This document shows positions 1-9,527 of a stretch of DNA of 24,798 nucleotides, piece by piece. Numbering within the stretch: the first letter of the stretch is position 1; each line of letters starts with the position of its first letter. The stretch comes from Tissierellia bacterium (lineage in GTDB: Bacteria; Bacillota; Clostridia; Tissierellales; Dethiosulfatibacteraceae). The stretch lies in contig SKID01000296.1 in NCBI GenBank assembly GCA_007116605.1, forward strand, positions 1 through 24,798, written 5' to 3'. A program made the translations under genes and the position numbers. A model generated the notes under the pieces. It did no database searches, was not told where the DNA came from, and saw nothing but the letters and a program-made list of their open reading frames with translations.

Positions 1-1112
1 ACATTGACTGCCTTGATTTTATTTATTTTACCTTCCTGACCTAAAAATGATTTTGTTGCTACTTTCTACATATTTTCGCATCCCTCTTCATGAGCTGAAG
101 TCTGTTTGTATAATTTTTTGAAAGTAGGCTAGGGCATACTTTCATCTCTTTCTTTGGAAGGCTTTGGTAAAATCTCAAACTGGTAAACTTTTTTTGCTCC
201 CTGCCTGTTAGCTGTTCCAACACAGTCAGAGCCGGTATCTCCACCTCCAATCACTAAAACTGTTTGATCTTTGGCACTAATTTCAGATGCAATCATAGTG
301 CCCTCTAAGCTTTTTGTTTGTTGTCCTAAATAATCTACTGCATAATAAATTCCCTTTAATTCTCTTCCAGGAATTTTTAAATCCCTTGGCACCCAAGTGC
401 CACAACTTAATACTACTGCATCGTATTTTTTTTTGATCTCTTCTAGTTCCATTTCTTTTCCGACCCATTTATTAGTGACAAATACAATTCCTGCCATTTT
501 TAGCATGTCAATACGTCGATCGATAATTTTTTTGTCTAGTTTATAATTAGGTATACCGTAGCGCATGAGACCACCTAATTTTTTTTCTCTTTCAAAAACT
601 GTCACTCTATGACCTAATGCATTTAAATCATCTGCTAAGGTCAAGCCGGCAGGACCACTACCAACCACAGCTATCTTTTTTTCAGTTCTAACTTTTGGTA
701 TTCTTGGTTGAACCCATCCTTCAGAAAATGCACGTTCTACAATAGATTGCTCAATTTCTCTTACTGAAACAGCCTCTCTATTTATTCCTAAAACACAAGC
801 AGCTTCACATAGTGCTGGGCAAACTCTCCCAGTGAATTCAGGAAAATTAGCGGTCAAGGCGAGTTTTTCATAGGCTCCTTTCCAGTCACCCATATAAAGT
901 AAGTCATTCCATTCAGGGATTAAATTACCTAAGGGACAACCCCAGTTGCAAAAAGAAGTGCCACAGTCCATACATCTATTTGCCTGAGCCATCATTTCGC
1001 CCTCAGCTAAAGGCAGATAAATTTCATTAAAATCCTTAATTCTATCTTCAATCGGTCTTTTAGAATAATTTTTACGTTCAATTTTTATAAATCCTGTCAT
1101 TTTATCTGTCAT
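1..1112 (-). CDS. gltD: Glutamate synthase small (beta) subunit; runs off the left edge; interrupted by two in-frame TAG codons (129-131, 66-68), so intact versus pseudogene is unresolved
   Basis: N-terminal Fe-S motif RCMDCGTSFCNWGCP, FPEFTGRVCPALCE, FAD motif VVGSGPAG and NAD(P) motif VIGGGDTGSDC. The same frame continues past the ORF-track stop as ...RDESMP*PTFKKLYKQTSAHEEGCENM*KVATKSFLGQEGKINKIKAVN, which is still GltD-like. SD AGGAGGTG precedes ATG 1112. Confidence 0.93.
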
Positions 1113-1123
1113 CTTCTCACCTC

Positions 1124-4100
1124 CTACGATATTTTTATCTGATCTCCACCTTCAATGATTTCTTTGTACCTTTCTGGAATGACTCTTACAAAATATTGCT
1201 GATACATTTTCCAGTTGTTCAATATTTCTTTGCCGACCATACTATCTGTATACGCCACATGATTTTCTATCATCAATCTCACTTTTTTCATGTTTTCTTT
1301 TGTAGGTTTTTCAATTAAAACCATCTCTTGATTGGCTTTTTTATTGATTTGTTTTTCTATATCAAGAATAATTGCTATCCCACCACTCATTCCTGCAGCA
1401 AAATTTCGGCCTACTTCTCCTAAAATTACCACAAATCCGTCCGTCATATACTCGCATCCATGGTTTCCAACCCCTTCAACAACTGCTTCAGCTCCACTGT
1501 TTCTTACAGCAAACCGTTCACCCACAATACCATTTATATAGACTTGTCCACTGGTTGCACCATATAATAATGTATTGCCTGCAATCATGCTTTTCCCGTA
1601 TTCAGCTTCCTTTGGTTTTCTTACAATAATTTTACCTCCAGAAAGTCCCTTGCCTACATAATCGTTTGCGTCTCCTTCCAATGTTAAAGTAAGACCTTTG
1701 ATGCCAAATGCACCAAAACTCTGACCCGCTGAACCATAAAACTCAAAAGATAAGGTATCATCTTCTAAGGTTTCATGTGGATATGTCTTAGCGATTTGAC
1801 CACTCAACATAGTTCCTACAGCTCTGTGTACATTTTTGATTTCATAAGCACCAGAAACTTTTCGTTTATCCTTAAAAAAGCTTTGACTCTGCATCATTAG
1901 TTTTTGATCCATACTGCCATCTAAACCATGGTCTTGTGTCTGAGAACAATAAGGGGTAATTCTTTTGGGCATATCTGGCCTATACAAAATACTCGATAAA
2001 TCAAGATGTTTTGCTTTCCAATGTTGAATGTCTTGTCTTACTGTTAGTTTATCCACTCTACCTACCATTTCATTAATCGTTCTAAAACCTAACATTGCCA
2101 TATATTCTCTAACTTCTTTTGCAATATAACGCATAAAATTCATGACATATTCAGGCTTTCCACAAAAATTCTTTCTCAACTCATCACTTTGTGTTGCAAC
2201 GCCCATTTCACAATTATTATTTTGGCAATGCCTTAACATCACACAGCCTAAAGTAACTAGTAATGTGGTAGCAAAGCCAAATTCCTCTGCACCCAGTAGA
2301 CAGGCCATGACTACATCTCGACCCGTCTTAAGTTGTCCATCTGTTTGTAAGCGGACCCGGCTTCTTAAATTGTTGAGGAGCAATACTTGATGAGTCTCTG
2401 ACAATCCAATCTCCCAAGGAATACCTGCATGCATGATTGAAGATAATGGCGATGCCCCTGTACCTCCATCATGGCCACTAATAATAATTAAATCTGCATG
2501 TGCTTTTGTCACGCCTGCCGCTACTGTTCCAACACCATTTTCAGCTACTAACTTAACACTAATTCTTGCACTTGGGTTTGCATTTTTTAAATCAAAGATC
2601 AGTTGGGCTAAATCCTCTATCGAATAGATATCATGATGGGGTGGCGGTGAAATTAAGTCAATTCCAGGTACAGAATGTCTAATCATACCAATATATTCAT
2701 TAACCTTCTTTCCTGGTAGATGTCCTCCCTCTCCCGGTTTAGCCCCTTGTGCAACTTTTATTTGAAGTTCGTCTGCTGATGCTAAAAATTGTATCGTCAC
2801 ACCAAATCTAGCTGAGGCAACTTGTTTGATGCGGCTATTTTTATTATCCACATCATTAATCGTCTTTAGTCTCGCTGTATCTTCTCCACCTTCGCCAGAA
2901 TTACTTCGTGCTCCTAACCGATTCATAGCTATTGCAATTGTTTCATGAGCTTCTTTGCTTATCGACCCAATGGACATTGCTCCAGAGCAAAATCGTTTAA
3001 TAATTTCTGATTCCGGCTCTACTTCTTCAAGGGGAATGGATTGACTCTCTTTAAAGGTTAATAAACTTCTAATAGTCCCTAAGTTATCACTTTGCTCATC
3101 CACTCTTTTTGTGTATTCTTTAAACTTGTCATAACGACCCATTCTAACAGACTGCTGTAATCTGTAAATGGTATCTGGGTTAAAGGTATGAAACTCACCA
3201 TTTTTCCGCCACTTATAGAGTCCACCTACCTCTAGAGATTGGCGAGATTCTCTAATTCGATCAAATGCTACTTGATGTCTTACAAGGACTTCTTGGGCTA
3301 TTTCATCTATTCCGATGCCACCTAATCGAGTAGGTGTTCCTCCGAAATAGCGATTAACTGTTTCTTCATTAATACCTATCACTTCGAAAATTTGTGCTCC
3401 ATGGTAACTTTGTACTGTACATATGCCCATTTTTGATAGTATTTTAGCTAACCCTTTAGAACATGCTTTTAGGTAGGCTTTCTCACCTTCTTTTTCAGAA
3501 CATTGAATTTGTCCTGTTTTTTCCATCATTCTTATACTATGAATCGCTAAATACGGATTAATGGCACTGGCTCCATAAGCTGTTAATAGTGCAAAATGTG
3601 TTGTTTCTCTAGCATCTCCTGCTTCTACTAAAATAGACACTTTAGACCGCTGTTTTTTTCGAATTAAATAATGATGCACCGCAGATACAGCTAGCAGCGA
3701 AGGAATGGCCGCTTCATAACTATCTACTTTCACATCGGAAAGCACTAATATATTATAGCCTTCTTTCACTCTTTGCAAAGCACGCTCACAAATGAGTTCT
3801 AAGGCTTGTTTAAATCCTTCAACACCACTGTCTGCTTTAAAGGTAATGGGAATCACCGTAGACATTAAATCTTCTGTCATCAATCTTTTAATTTGATTCA
3901 TTTGCTCATTACTTATGATGGGAGTATCAATTCTTAAATATTTGTGATCTAAATGTTTCATGTTTAAAATATTTTCTTGGGTTCCTAAAAAATTCATCAA
4001 AGACATTACAATCCCTTCTCGTATGGGGTCTATTGGAGGATTGGTCACTTGAGCAAACAATTGTCTAAAGTAATTAAATAATAGTTGGGGTTTATTTGAT

Positions 4101-5635
4101 AATACCGCTAAAGGCGTATCATTACCCATGGATCCAATAGGCTCACTGCCATTTTCCGCCATAGGCTTTAAAATTAATCTTAAATCTTCCATGGTATAGC
4201 CAAATGCCTTTTGTTTATCAACCAGTTGATCCATTGATAAATTGACTTCTCCTGTGGGCAAATGAGGCAAAGATTCAAATTTTACACGACTATTCCTCAC
4301 AATATCGATATAGTCCATTTTATTAGAAACTCTAGACTTTATTTCCTCATCAAAAAATATTTGCTTTCTTTGTGTATCAACTAAGAGCATTTCTCCCGGT
4401 GCTAAGCGTCCCTTTTTAATGATATGTTGAGGCTTCATCTTAAGAACACCAAATTCAGAGGCCATAATCAGTGTATGATTGTCTGTAATAATGTATTTAG
4501 CAGGTCTTAATCCATTTCTATCTAATGTTCCACCTATTTGAACACCATCACAAAAAAACATTGCTGCTGGACCATCCCATGGTTCAATCATAGCTGCATG
4601 ATATTCATAAAAGGCCCGCTTTTCCTCAGGCATATTCATATCATTTTCCCATGCTTCTGGAATTAACATCATCAATGTATGTGCATTCGTACGACCATTT
4701 TGCTTGATAAACTCAAAAGCATTATCCACTGATGCAGAATCACTTTTTCCTGGTTGAATAATCGGATATAAATCATTGATTTTATCTTTGAAAACTCCTG
4801 ACTCTAAAACACCTTCTCTTGTTTCCATCCAATTTCGATTTCCTTTAATCGTATTGATTTCACCATTATGGGCTAAATAACGAAAAGGCTGAGCTAAGTC
4901 CCATGTAGGAAATGTATTGGTGCTAAATCTTTGATGCACTAATGCCATGGCACTTTTAAAGTGAATATCTGACAAATCCGGGAAGTAATATTCTATTTGA
5001 TCTGCTAACAGCAGCCCTTTGTACACAATTGTTTTGCATGATAAAGAGCAAATATAGAAGTATTCTCTATTTCTTTTCACCAATCGATTCACTTCCGACT
5101 CTACTCTTTTCCGTATCAAATAAAGGTTTCTTTCAAATGTTTCCTCATTGTGATCTTGGTCCGTCGACATCGCTATAAAAACTTGCCGGATGACCGGCTC
5201 AGATCCTTTAGCCGTTTCGCCTAAAGTCTTATTATCTGTTGGAACAAATCTCCATCCTAAAGTCTTATATCCTGAGTCTCTTACAACTCTCTCTACAATC
5301 CCTTCACATTGTAGTCTCAATGCTGTTTCTTTAGGTAAAAAAATCATTCCTATACCATATTGCCCTTGATCAGGCAAATCAATCCCATCATTAGCTGAAT
5401 AAATTCTAAAAAACTCATCTGGAATCTGAGTCATAATTCCTGCACCATCACCCGTCTTTGGATCTGAACCTACTGCTCCTCGATGCTCCATATTTTTTAA
5501 AATCTCTAATCCGTGTTTAACGATTCGATGACTGATTTCTCCTTTAACATTAACTATAAATCCAACACCACATGCATCTTTTTCGTTTTCAGGATGATAT
5601 AAACCTTGTTTTTTTGGCAATCCATATAAGTCCAT
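1124..5635 (-). CDS. gltB: Glutamate synthase large (alpha) subunit, ~1503 aa
   Basis: Propeptide plus catalytic Cys in ENEKDACGVGF, HQRFSTNTFP, EPWDGPA, QIKVAQGAKPGEGG, 3Fe-4S Cys triad GCVMLRHCQNNNC and the C-terminal GXGXG beta-helix. Start moved from 5692 to ATG 5635, which follows SD GGGAGG. Ends in TAG. Confidence 0.97.
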   Translation of the reverse strand: MDLYGLPKKQGLYHPENEKDACGVGFIVNVKGEISHRIVKHGLEILKNMEHRGAVGSDPKTGDGAGIMTQIPDEFFRIYSANDGIDLPDQGQYGIGMIFLPKETALRLQCEGIVERVVRDSGYKTLGWRFVPTDNKTLGETAKGSEPVIRQVFIAMSTDQDHNEETFERNLYLIRKRVESEVNRLVKRNREYFYICSLSCKTIVYKGLLLADQIEYYFPDLSDIHFKSAMALVHQRFSTNTFPTWDLAQPFRYLAHNGEINTIKGNRNWMETREGVLESGVFKDKINDLYPIIQPGKSDSASVDNAFEFIKQNGRTNAHTLMMLIPEAWENDMNMPEEKRAFYEYHAAMIEPWDGPAAMFFCDGVQIGGTLDRNGLRPAKYIITDNHTLIMASEFGVLKMKPQHIIKKGRLAPGEMLLVDTQRKQIFFDEEIKSRVSNKMDYIDIVRNSRVKFESLPHLPTGEVNLSMDQLVDKQKAFGYTMEDLRLILKPMAENGSEPIGSMGNDTPLAVLSNKPQLLFNYFRQLFAQVTNPPIDPIREGIVMSLMNFLGTQENILNMKHLDHKYLRIDTPIISNEQMNQIKRLMTEDLMSTVIPITFKADSGVEGFKQALELICERALQRVKEGYNILVLSDVKVDSYEAAIPSLLAVSAVHHYLIRKKQRSKVSILVEAGDARETTHFALLTAYGASAINPYLAIHSIRMMEKTGQIQCSEKEGEKAYLKACSKGLAKILSKMGICTVQSYHGAQIFEVIGINEETVNRYFGGTPTRLGGIGIDEIAQEVLVRHQVAFDRIRESRQSLEVGGLYKWRKNGEFHTFNPDTIYRLQQSVRMGRYDKFKEYTKRVDEQSDNLGTIRSLLTFKESQSIPLEEVEPESEIIKRFCSGAMSIGSISKEAHETIAIAMNRLGARSNSGEGGEDTARLKTINDVDNKNSRIKQVASARFGVTIQFLASADELQIKVAQGAKPGEGGHLPGKKVNEYIGMIRHSVPGIDLISPPPHHDIYSIEDLAQLIFDLKNANPSARISVKLVAENGVGTVAAGVTKAHADLIIISGHDGGTGASPLSSIMHAGIPWEIGLSETHQVLLLNNLRSRVRLQTDGQLKTGRDVVMACLLGAEEFGFATTLLVTLGCVMLRHCQNNNCEMGVATQSDELRKNFCGKPEYVMNFMRYIAKEVREYMAMLGFRTINEMVGRVDKLTVRQDIQHWKAKHLDLSSILYRPDMPKRITPYCSQTQDHGLDGSMDQKLMMQSQSFFKDKRKVSGAYEIKNVHRAVGTMLSGQIAKTYPHETLEDDTLSFEFYGSAGQSFGAFGIKGLTLTLEGDANDYVGKGLSGGKIIVRKPKEAEYGKSMIAGNTLLYGATSGQVYINGIVGERFAVRNSGAEAVVEGVGNHGCEYMTDGFVVILGEVGRNFAAGMSGGIAIILDIEKQINKKANQEMVLIEKPTKENMKKVRLMIENHVAYTDSMVGKEILNNWKMYQQYFVRVIPERYKEIIEGGDQIKIS

Positions 5636-5710
5636 AAGCGCCTCCCAATATTGCTTCATAAATGAATACATTTGTATTTCATATAAAAACATTTATTTCT
5701 ATTTTTTAAC

Positions 5711-5739
5711 ATTTTACACGAACTTATGATTGAATACAA
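5711..5739 (-). promoter_or_regulatory. Putative sigmaA promoter of gltBD
   Basis: Minus strand TTGTAT (5739-5734), 17-nt spacer, TAAAAT (5716-5711). Confidence 0.55.
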
Positions 5740-5877
5740 CTATTTTTTGCAATTATTGCATACAATAAACAATTTGTTGTTGGGAAAACCTTACAAATTT
5801 ATAGACGTCTATTATTCTAGTACATTTAACCTTTTATCTATGACTTAAGGTACTAGACTCTCATTTTTAAAGTGGGA

Positions 5878-5932
5878 GAATAAAGATTAAAAAAACTAGC
5901 CTCAGGAAAGACTAGTTTTTTAATCTTTATTC
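5878..5932 (-). terminator. Long inverted repeat, probable intrinsic (possibly bidirectional) terminator downstream of the mmd operon
   Basis: Arms GAATAAAGATTAAAAAAACTAG and CTAGTTTTTTAATCTTTATTC pair with a 1-nt bulge. On the minus strand an inner UCUU/GAGG stem closes a 4-nt loop. It lies 28 nt after the mmdB stop. Confidence 0.8.
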
Positions 5933-5960
5933 AGTTCTGTTTTAATTCATTTAGACAATG

Positions 5961-7073
5961 TTAACTAAAAAACATCAACAATACCCCTGCTGCTACAGCA
6001 GAACCAATTACTCCTGCCACATTAGGTCCCATAGCATGCATGAGCAAGAAATTTGATGGATTATTCTTTTGACCTTCTCTTTGAACCACTCGAGCAGCCA
6101 TAGGCACTGCAGATACCCCTGCGGCACCAATCATTGGATTGATTTTACCACCACTGAGTTTACACATGAGTTTACCAAACAATACGCCTGTAGCTGTACC
6201 AATAGCAAAAGCCACTAACCCTAGAGCAATAATCATTAAGGTTGAAGGGGTTAAAAACAAAGCTGCCTCTGATTTTCCACCTACAGTGATTCCAAGGAAA
6301 ATCGTCACAATATACATTAATGAATTGGTTGCTGTGTCCGCAAGTTTTGGTACCACACCTGACTCTCTGATGAGATTACCAAACATGAGCATGCCTATCA
6401 AGGCAGCTGCTGAAGGTAATAACAACACACAGAAGATAGTGACCACAATAGGAAAAACAATTTTTTCTGTCTTAGAGACAAAGCGCAATTGTTCCATCTT
6501 AATCTTTCTTTCTTCTGGTGTGGTAAGGGCACGAATAATGGGGGGCTGAATCACAGGGACTAAAGCCATATAAGAATAGGCTGCAATGGCAATGGGTCCT
6601 AGCAAATCAGATGCTAGCATGGATGTGATATACAAAGCTGTGGGTCCATCTGCGCCACCAATAATCCCAATAGAAGCTGCTTCTGGTCCTGTAAAGCCCA
6701 GTAATATGGCTCCTATAAAAGTAAAAAATATACCAAACTGTGCTGCGGCTCCTAATAGTATGCTTCTAGGATTGGCAATTAAGGGACCAAAATCTGTACT
6801 CGCACCAACACATAAAAATATGAGCGGGGGATAAATTCCTTTTTCGGTTCCTATGTATATCAATTTTAGTAGCCCATTATCTTGCATTAAACCCGACAAT
6901 GGCATGTTGACTAACAACATCCCAAAAGCGATGGGTATTAATAAATAGGGCTCGTAACCTTTGGCTACAGCAAGATATAAGAATATACACGCAATGGTTA
7001 TCATAATCAATTCTTGATAGGTGATTGCCGCATATCCTGTGCTTTGCCAAAAGTTTTGTAGTATTTCTACCAT
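5961..7073 (-). CDS. mmdB: Na+-translocating decarboxylase beta (membrane) subunit, OadB/MmdB family
   Basis: Hydrophobic 370 aa with signature motifs IGIIGGADGPT, IAIAAYSYMALVP and LMHAMGPNVAGVIGS. SD AAAGGAGG. Confidence 0.93.
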   Translation of the reverse strand: MVEILQNFWQSTGYAAITYQELIMITIACIFLYLAVAKGYEPYLLIPIAFGMLLVNMPLSGLMQDNGLLKLIYIGTEKGIYPPLIFLCVGASTDFGPLIANPRSILLGAAAQFGIFFTFIGAILLGFTGPEAASIGIIGGADGPTALYITSMLASDLLGPIAIAAYSYMALVPVIQPPIIRALTTPEERKIKMEQLRFVSKTEKIVFPIVVTIFCVLLLPSAAALIGMLMFGNLIRESGVVPKLADTATNSLMYIVTIFLGITVGGKSEAALFLTPSTLMIIALGLVAFAIGTATGVLFGKLMCKLSGGKINPMIGAAGVSAVPMAARVVQREGQKNNPSNFLLMHAMGPNVAGVIGSAVAAGVLLMFFS

Positions 7074-7086
7074 TTGGATGCCTCCT

Positions 7087-7479
7087 TTATCCTAATGTGA
7101 TTAATGCATCTCCACTACTCACACTGGCTCCTTTTGCAGCATGAATGGCACTGACCGTACCGTCCGATGGGGCTACGATTTCATTTTCCATTTTCATCGC
7201 TTCTAGGATTAATAGGATATCACCCGCTTTTACAGCTTGTCCAACAGTGACTTTCATATCAAAGACTGTTCCTGGCATCGGTGCAGATACAACTTCTCCT
7301 CCAGCAGGAGCTGGCGCAGCCTTTGATGCTGCTGGTGCAGCTTGAGGGGCTGTCTGGGCTGGTGCAGGCGCTGGGGTTTGTGTCACTGTTCTTTGGGCTG
7401 TAGGAGCGCTTTGCACACCTACTTCTTCTACTTCTACTTGATATGTTTTTCCGTTTACCGTTATATTGTATTGCTTCAT
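7087..7479 (-). CDS. mmdC: Biotin carrier (gamma) subunit of the decarboxylase, ~130 aa
   Basis: N-terminal YNITVNGKTYQVEVEE, Ala/Pro-rich linker and the biotinylation motif EAMKM. Start placed at ATG 7479, 7 nt after SD AGGAGG (ATG 7482 is possible), not at 7527. Confidence 0.9.
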   Translation of the reverse strand: MKQYNITVNGKTYQVEVEEVGVQSAPTAQRTVTQTPAPAPAQTAPQAAPAASKAAPAPAGGEVVSAPMPGTVFDMKVTVGQAVKAGDILLILEAMKMENEIVAPSDGTVSAIHAAKGASVSSGDALITLG

Positions 7480-7490
7480 CATTGATCCTC

Positions 7491-7841
7491 CTATCTCATT
7501 TGCTCTATTCTTCCCATGCGTGTCCATGACGATTCTGGATTATAGATGGGTGTAATGCTTCGAATGATTAATTTTTCTTTGGGTTTACCTGTTGCAGCCA
7601 CTATAGCGGCTGTAATGACAGCAATCAATGCTTCTTCATCTTCCTCGACTGTTGGTTTTGGTTCTATTTCAACTTTGCCTTGTGGTTCTGATTGGGCTAC
7701 CACTGGCTTTTTCTTTTCTACAAAAATAATTTTGAATAAATCGAGAATGAACGATATGGTTAATAGAGTAATAAACACTATGGCCATACTAAAGACTGTT
7801 ATGATGGCTGCCTCACCCATTTCTATGGTTGGTCCAAACAT
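7491..7841 (-). CDS. mmdD: Decarboxylase small membrane-anchored subunit (OadG/MmdD-like)
   Basis: Single N-terminal TM helix (ITVFSMAIVFITLLTISFIL), acidic linker, EALIAVITAAIVA and C-terminal WTRMGR. Position between the alpha and biotin-carrier genes matches mmdADCB order. Ends in TAG. Confidence 0.8.
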   Translation of the reverse strand: MFGPTIEMGEAAIITVFSMAIVFITLLTISFILDLFKIIFVEKKKPVVAQSEPQGKVEIEPKPTVEEDEEALIAVITAAIVAATGKPKEKLIIRSITPIYNPESSWTRMGRIEQMR

Positions 7842-7853
7842 ATAAGTCCCTCC

Positions 7854-9401
7854 TTATACAGGCATATTGCCGTGTTTTTTGGCTGGTCGAGTTTCTCTTT
7901 TGCCTGCTAGCATTTCAAAGGCACCGATGACTCGTTTTCTTGTTTCTTTGGGCTCGATCACATCGTCAATATAACCTCGTGATGCTGCAATGTAAGGATT
8001 GGCCACACGATCTGTATATTCTTGTATTTTTTCTTGCCGTTTTTCATCTGCATTTTCTGCATCGGCAATTTCTTTTCTAAAAATGATATTGGCTGCTCCC
8101 GAGGGTCCCATCACTGCTATTTCTGCTGTTGGCCATCCATATACCATGTCCGCTCCTAAGTGTCTGGAACACATAGCTATGTAGGCACCTCCATAGGCTT
8201 TTCGTGTTATCACCGTCACTTTTGGCACAGTGGCTTCTGAATAGGCATATAACATTTTGGCACCATGTCTGATGATGCCCCCATATTCTTGACCGGTTCC
8301 TGGTAAAAATCCTGGCACATCCACTAAGGTTAACAAGGGGATGTTAAAGGCATCACATGTTCTTATAAAATGAGCCCCTTTATCGGATGCATTGATATCT
8401 AAACAGCCTGCTAGTTTTGTTGGCTGACTGGCTATGACTCCGATGCTTTTGCCATTGAGGCGAGCAAAGCCTGTGATGATGTTTTCTGCATAATAGGGTT
8501 GATATTCTAAAAATTCTCCATTGTCTGACAAGGTGTGTATGACTGTCTTCATGTCATAGGCTTTGTTAGGGTTTAGGGGAACTAATTCATCTAATCCTTC
8601 ATCTATCCGGTTTAAATCATCTTCATTAGCCACCACAGGAGTTGTTTCCATATTGTTTTGTGGTATGAAGCTTAGTAAATATCGAATCTTATCAAAGCAT
8701 GCTTCTTCTGTCTCATCATAAAACTGAGCTACTCCACTCACTTTATTGTGGGTCATTGCTCCACCTAAGGCTTCGGCTGATACTTCTTCTCCTGTGACTG
8801 TCTTTATGACTTGTGGTCCTGTAATAAACATCTTTGAGGTGTTGTCTACCATAAAAATAAAGTCTGTTAATGCTGGTGAATACACTGCACCACCTGCACA
8901 TGGTCCTAGGATGACTGAAATTTGTGGGATGACTCCTGATGCAATGGTATTATTGTAAAAAATATCTCCATAGCCTTTTAACGCATCCACACCTTCTTGG
9001 ATTCTTGCACCTCCTGAGTCATTGATGCCTATGAGGGGCGCTCCCATTTTTAATGCCATTTGTTGCACTTTCACGATTTTTGCTGCATGCATCTCTCCTA
9101 ATGACCCACCAATCACCGTAAAGTCTTGGGCAAATAGGTACACTAATCTACCATTAATAGTACCATATCCCGTCACCACACCTTCTCCTGGTGCTTTTGT
9201 TTTTTCCATCCCAAAATTGACACATCGATGCTCTACAAAGGTGTCTAATTCAATAAAACTGCCTTCATCCAATAGTTTTTCTATACGCTCTCTTGCCGTA
9301 TACTTCCCATTGTCATGCTGTTTTTTGATGCCTTTTTCGCCTCCACCTAGAGCCAATACTTCTTTCTTTTCTATTAATTTGGCTATTTTTTCGTTTGGCA
9401 A
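7854..9401 (-). CDS. mmdA: Acyl-CoA carboxyltransferase, methylmalonyl-CoA decarboxylase alpha-type (TTG start)
   Basis: GKYTARERI, GDGVV-like GEGVVTGYG, DSGGARIQEGV, RKAYGGAY and C-terminal KKHGNMPV. SD AGGAGG. Clustered with Na+-pump subunits. The exact acyl-CoA substrate is inferred. Confidence 0.85.
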   Translation of the reverse strand: MPNEKIAKLIEKKEVLALGGGEKGIKKQHDNGKYTARERIEKLLDEGSFIELDTFVEHRCVNFGMEKTKAPGEGVVTGYGTINGRLVYLFAQDFTVIGGSLGEMHAAKIVKVQQMALKMGAPLIGINDSGGARIQEGVDALKGYGDIFYNNTIASGVIPQISVILGPCAGGAVYSPALTDFIFMVDNTSKMFITGPQVIKTVTGEEVSAEALGGAMTHNKVSGVAQFYDETEEACFDKIRYLLSFIPQNNMETTPVVANEDDLNRIDEGLDELVPLNPNKAYDMKTVIHTLSDNGEFLEYQPYYAENIITGFARLNGKSIGVIASQPTKLAGCLDINASDKGAHFIRTCDAFNIPLLTLVDVPGFLPGTGQEYGGIIRHGAKMLYAYSEATVPKVTVITRKAYGGAYIAMCSRHLGADMVYGWPTAEIAVMGPSGAANIIFRKEIADAENADEKRQEKIQEYTDRVANPYIAASRGYIDDVIEPKETRKRVIGAFEMLAGKRETRPAKKHGNMPV

Positions 9402-9440
9402 TGCAGTTACCTCCTATTCTTGTATTGAATATCACTTATT

Positions 9441-9469
9441 AAAATACTAATAATTTAAGAAAAAGTCAA
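9441..9469 (-). promoter_or_regulatory. Putative sigmaA promoter upstream of mmdA
   Basis: TTGACT (9469-9464), 17-nt spacer, TATTTT (9446-9441). Confidence 0.45.
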
Positions 9470-9527
9470 TATAATCTTGTTAATTGCAAGACCTTTTTTA
9501 AATCATTCGTATTAAATGAGTCTAAAC

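Noticed and set aside
59-250. 63-aa minus-strand ORF as a frameshifted continuation of gltD
   Set aside because: It has no GltD-like content. The original gltD frame carries the recognisable continuation (SAHEEGC, ATKSFLG), so the lesion is in-frame stops, not a frameshift.
5636-5692. ORF-track upstream starts for gltB (also 7527, 10790, 16943, 24242)
   Set aside because: Downstream ATGs have properly spaced SD sequences and match family N-termini. The extensions lack an SD or overlap regulatory DNA.
7300-7420. GC-richer repetitive stretch in mmdC
   Set aside because: It encodes the normal Ala/Pro linker of biotin-carrier subunits.
9455-9505. Terminator between the CoA-transferase and mmdA
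   Set aside because: Only short, interrupted stems (TCTTG/CAAGA; AAAAAGGTC/GACTTTTT around a large loop) are present. Too weak to call.
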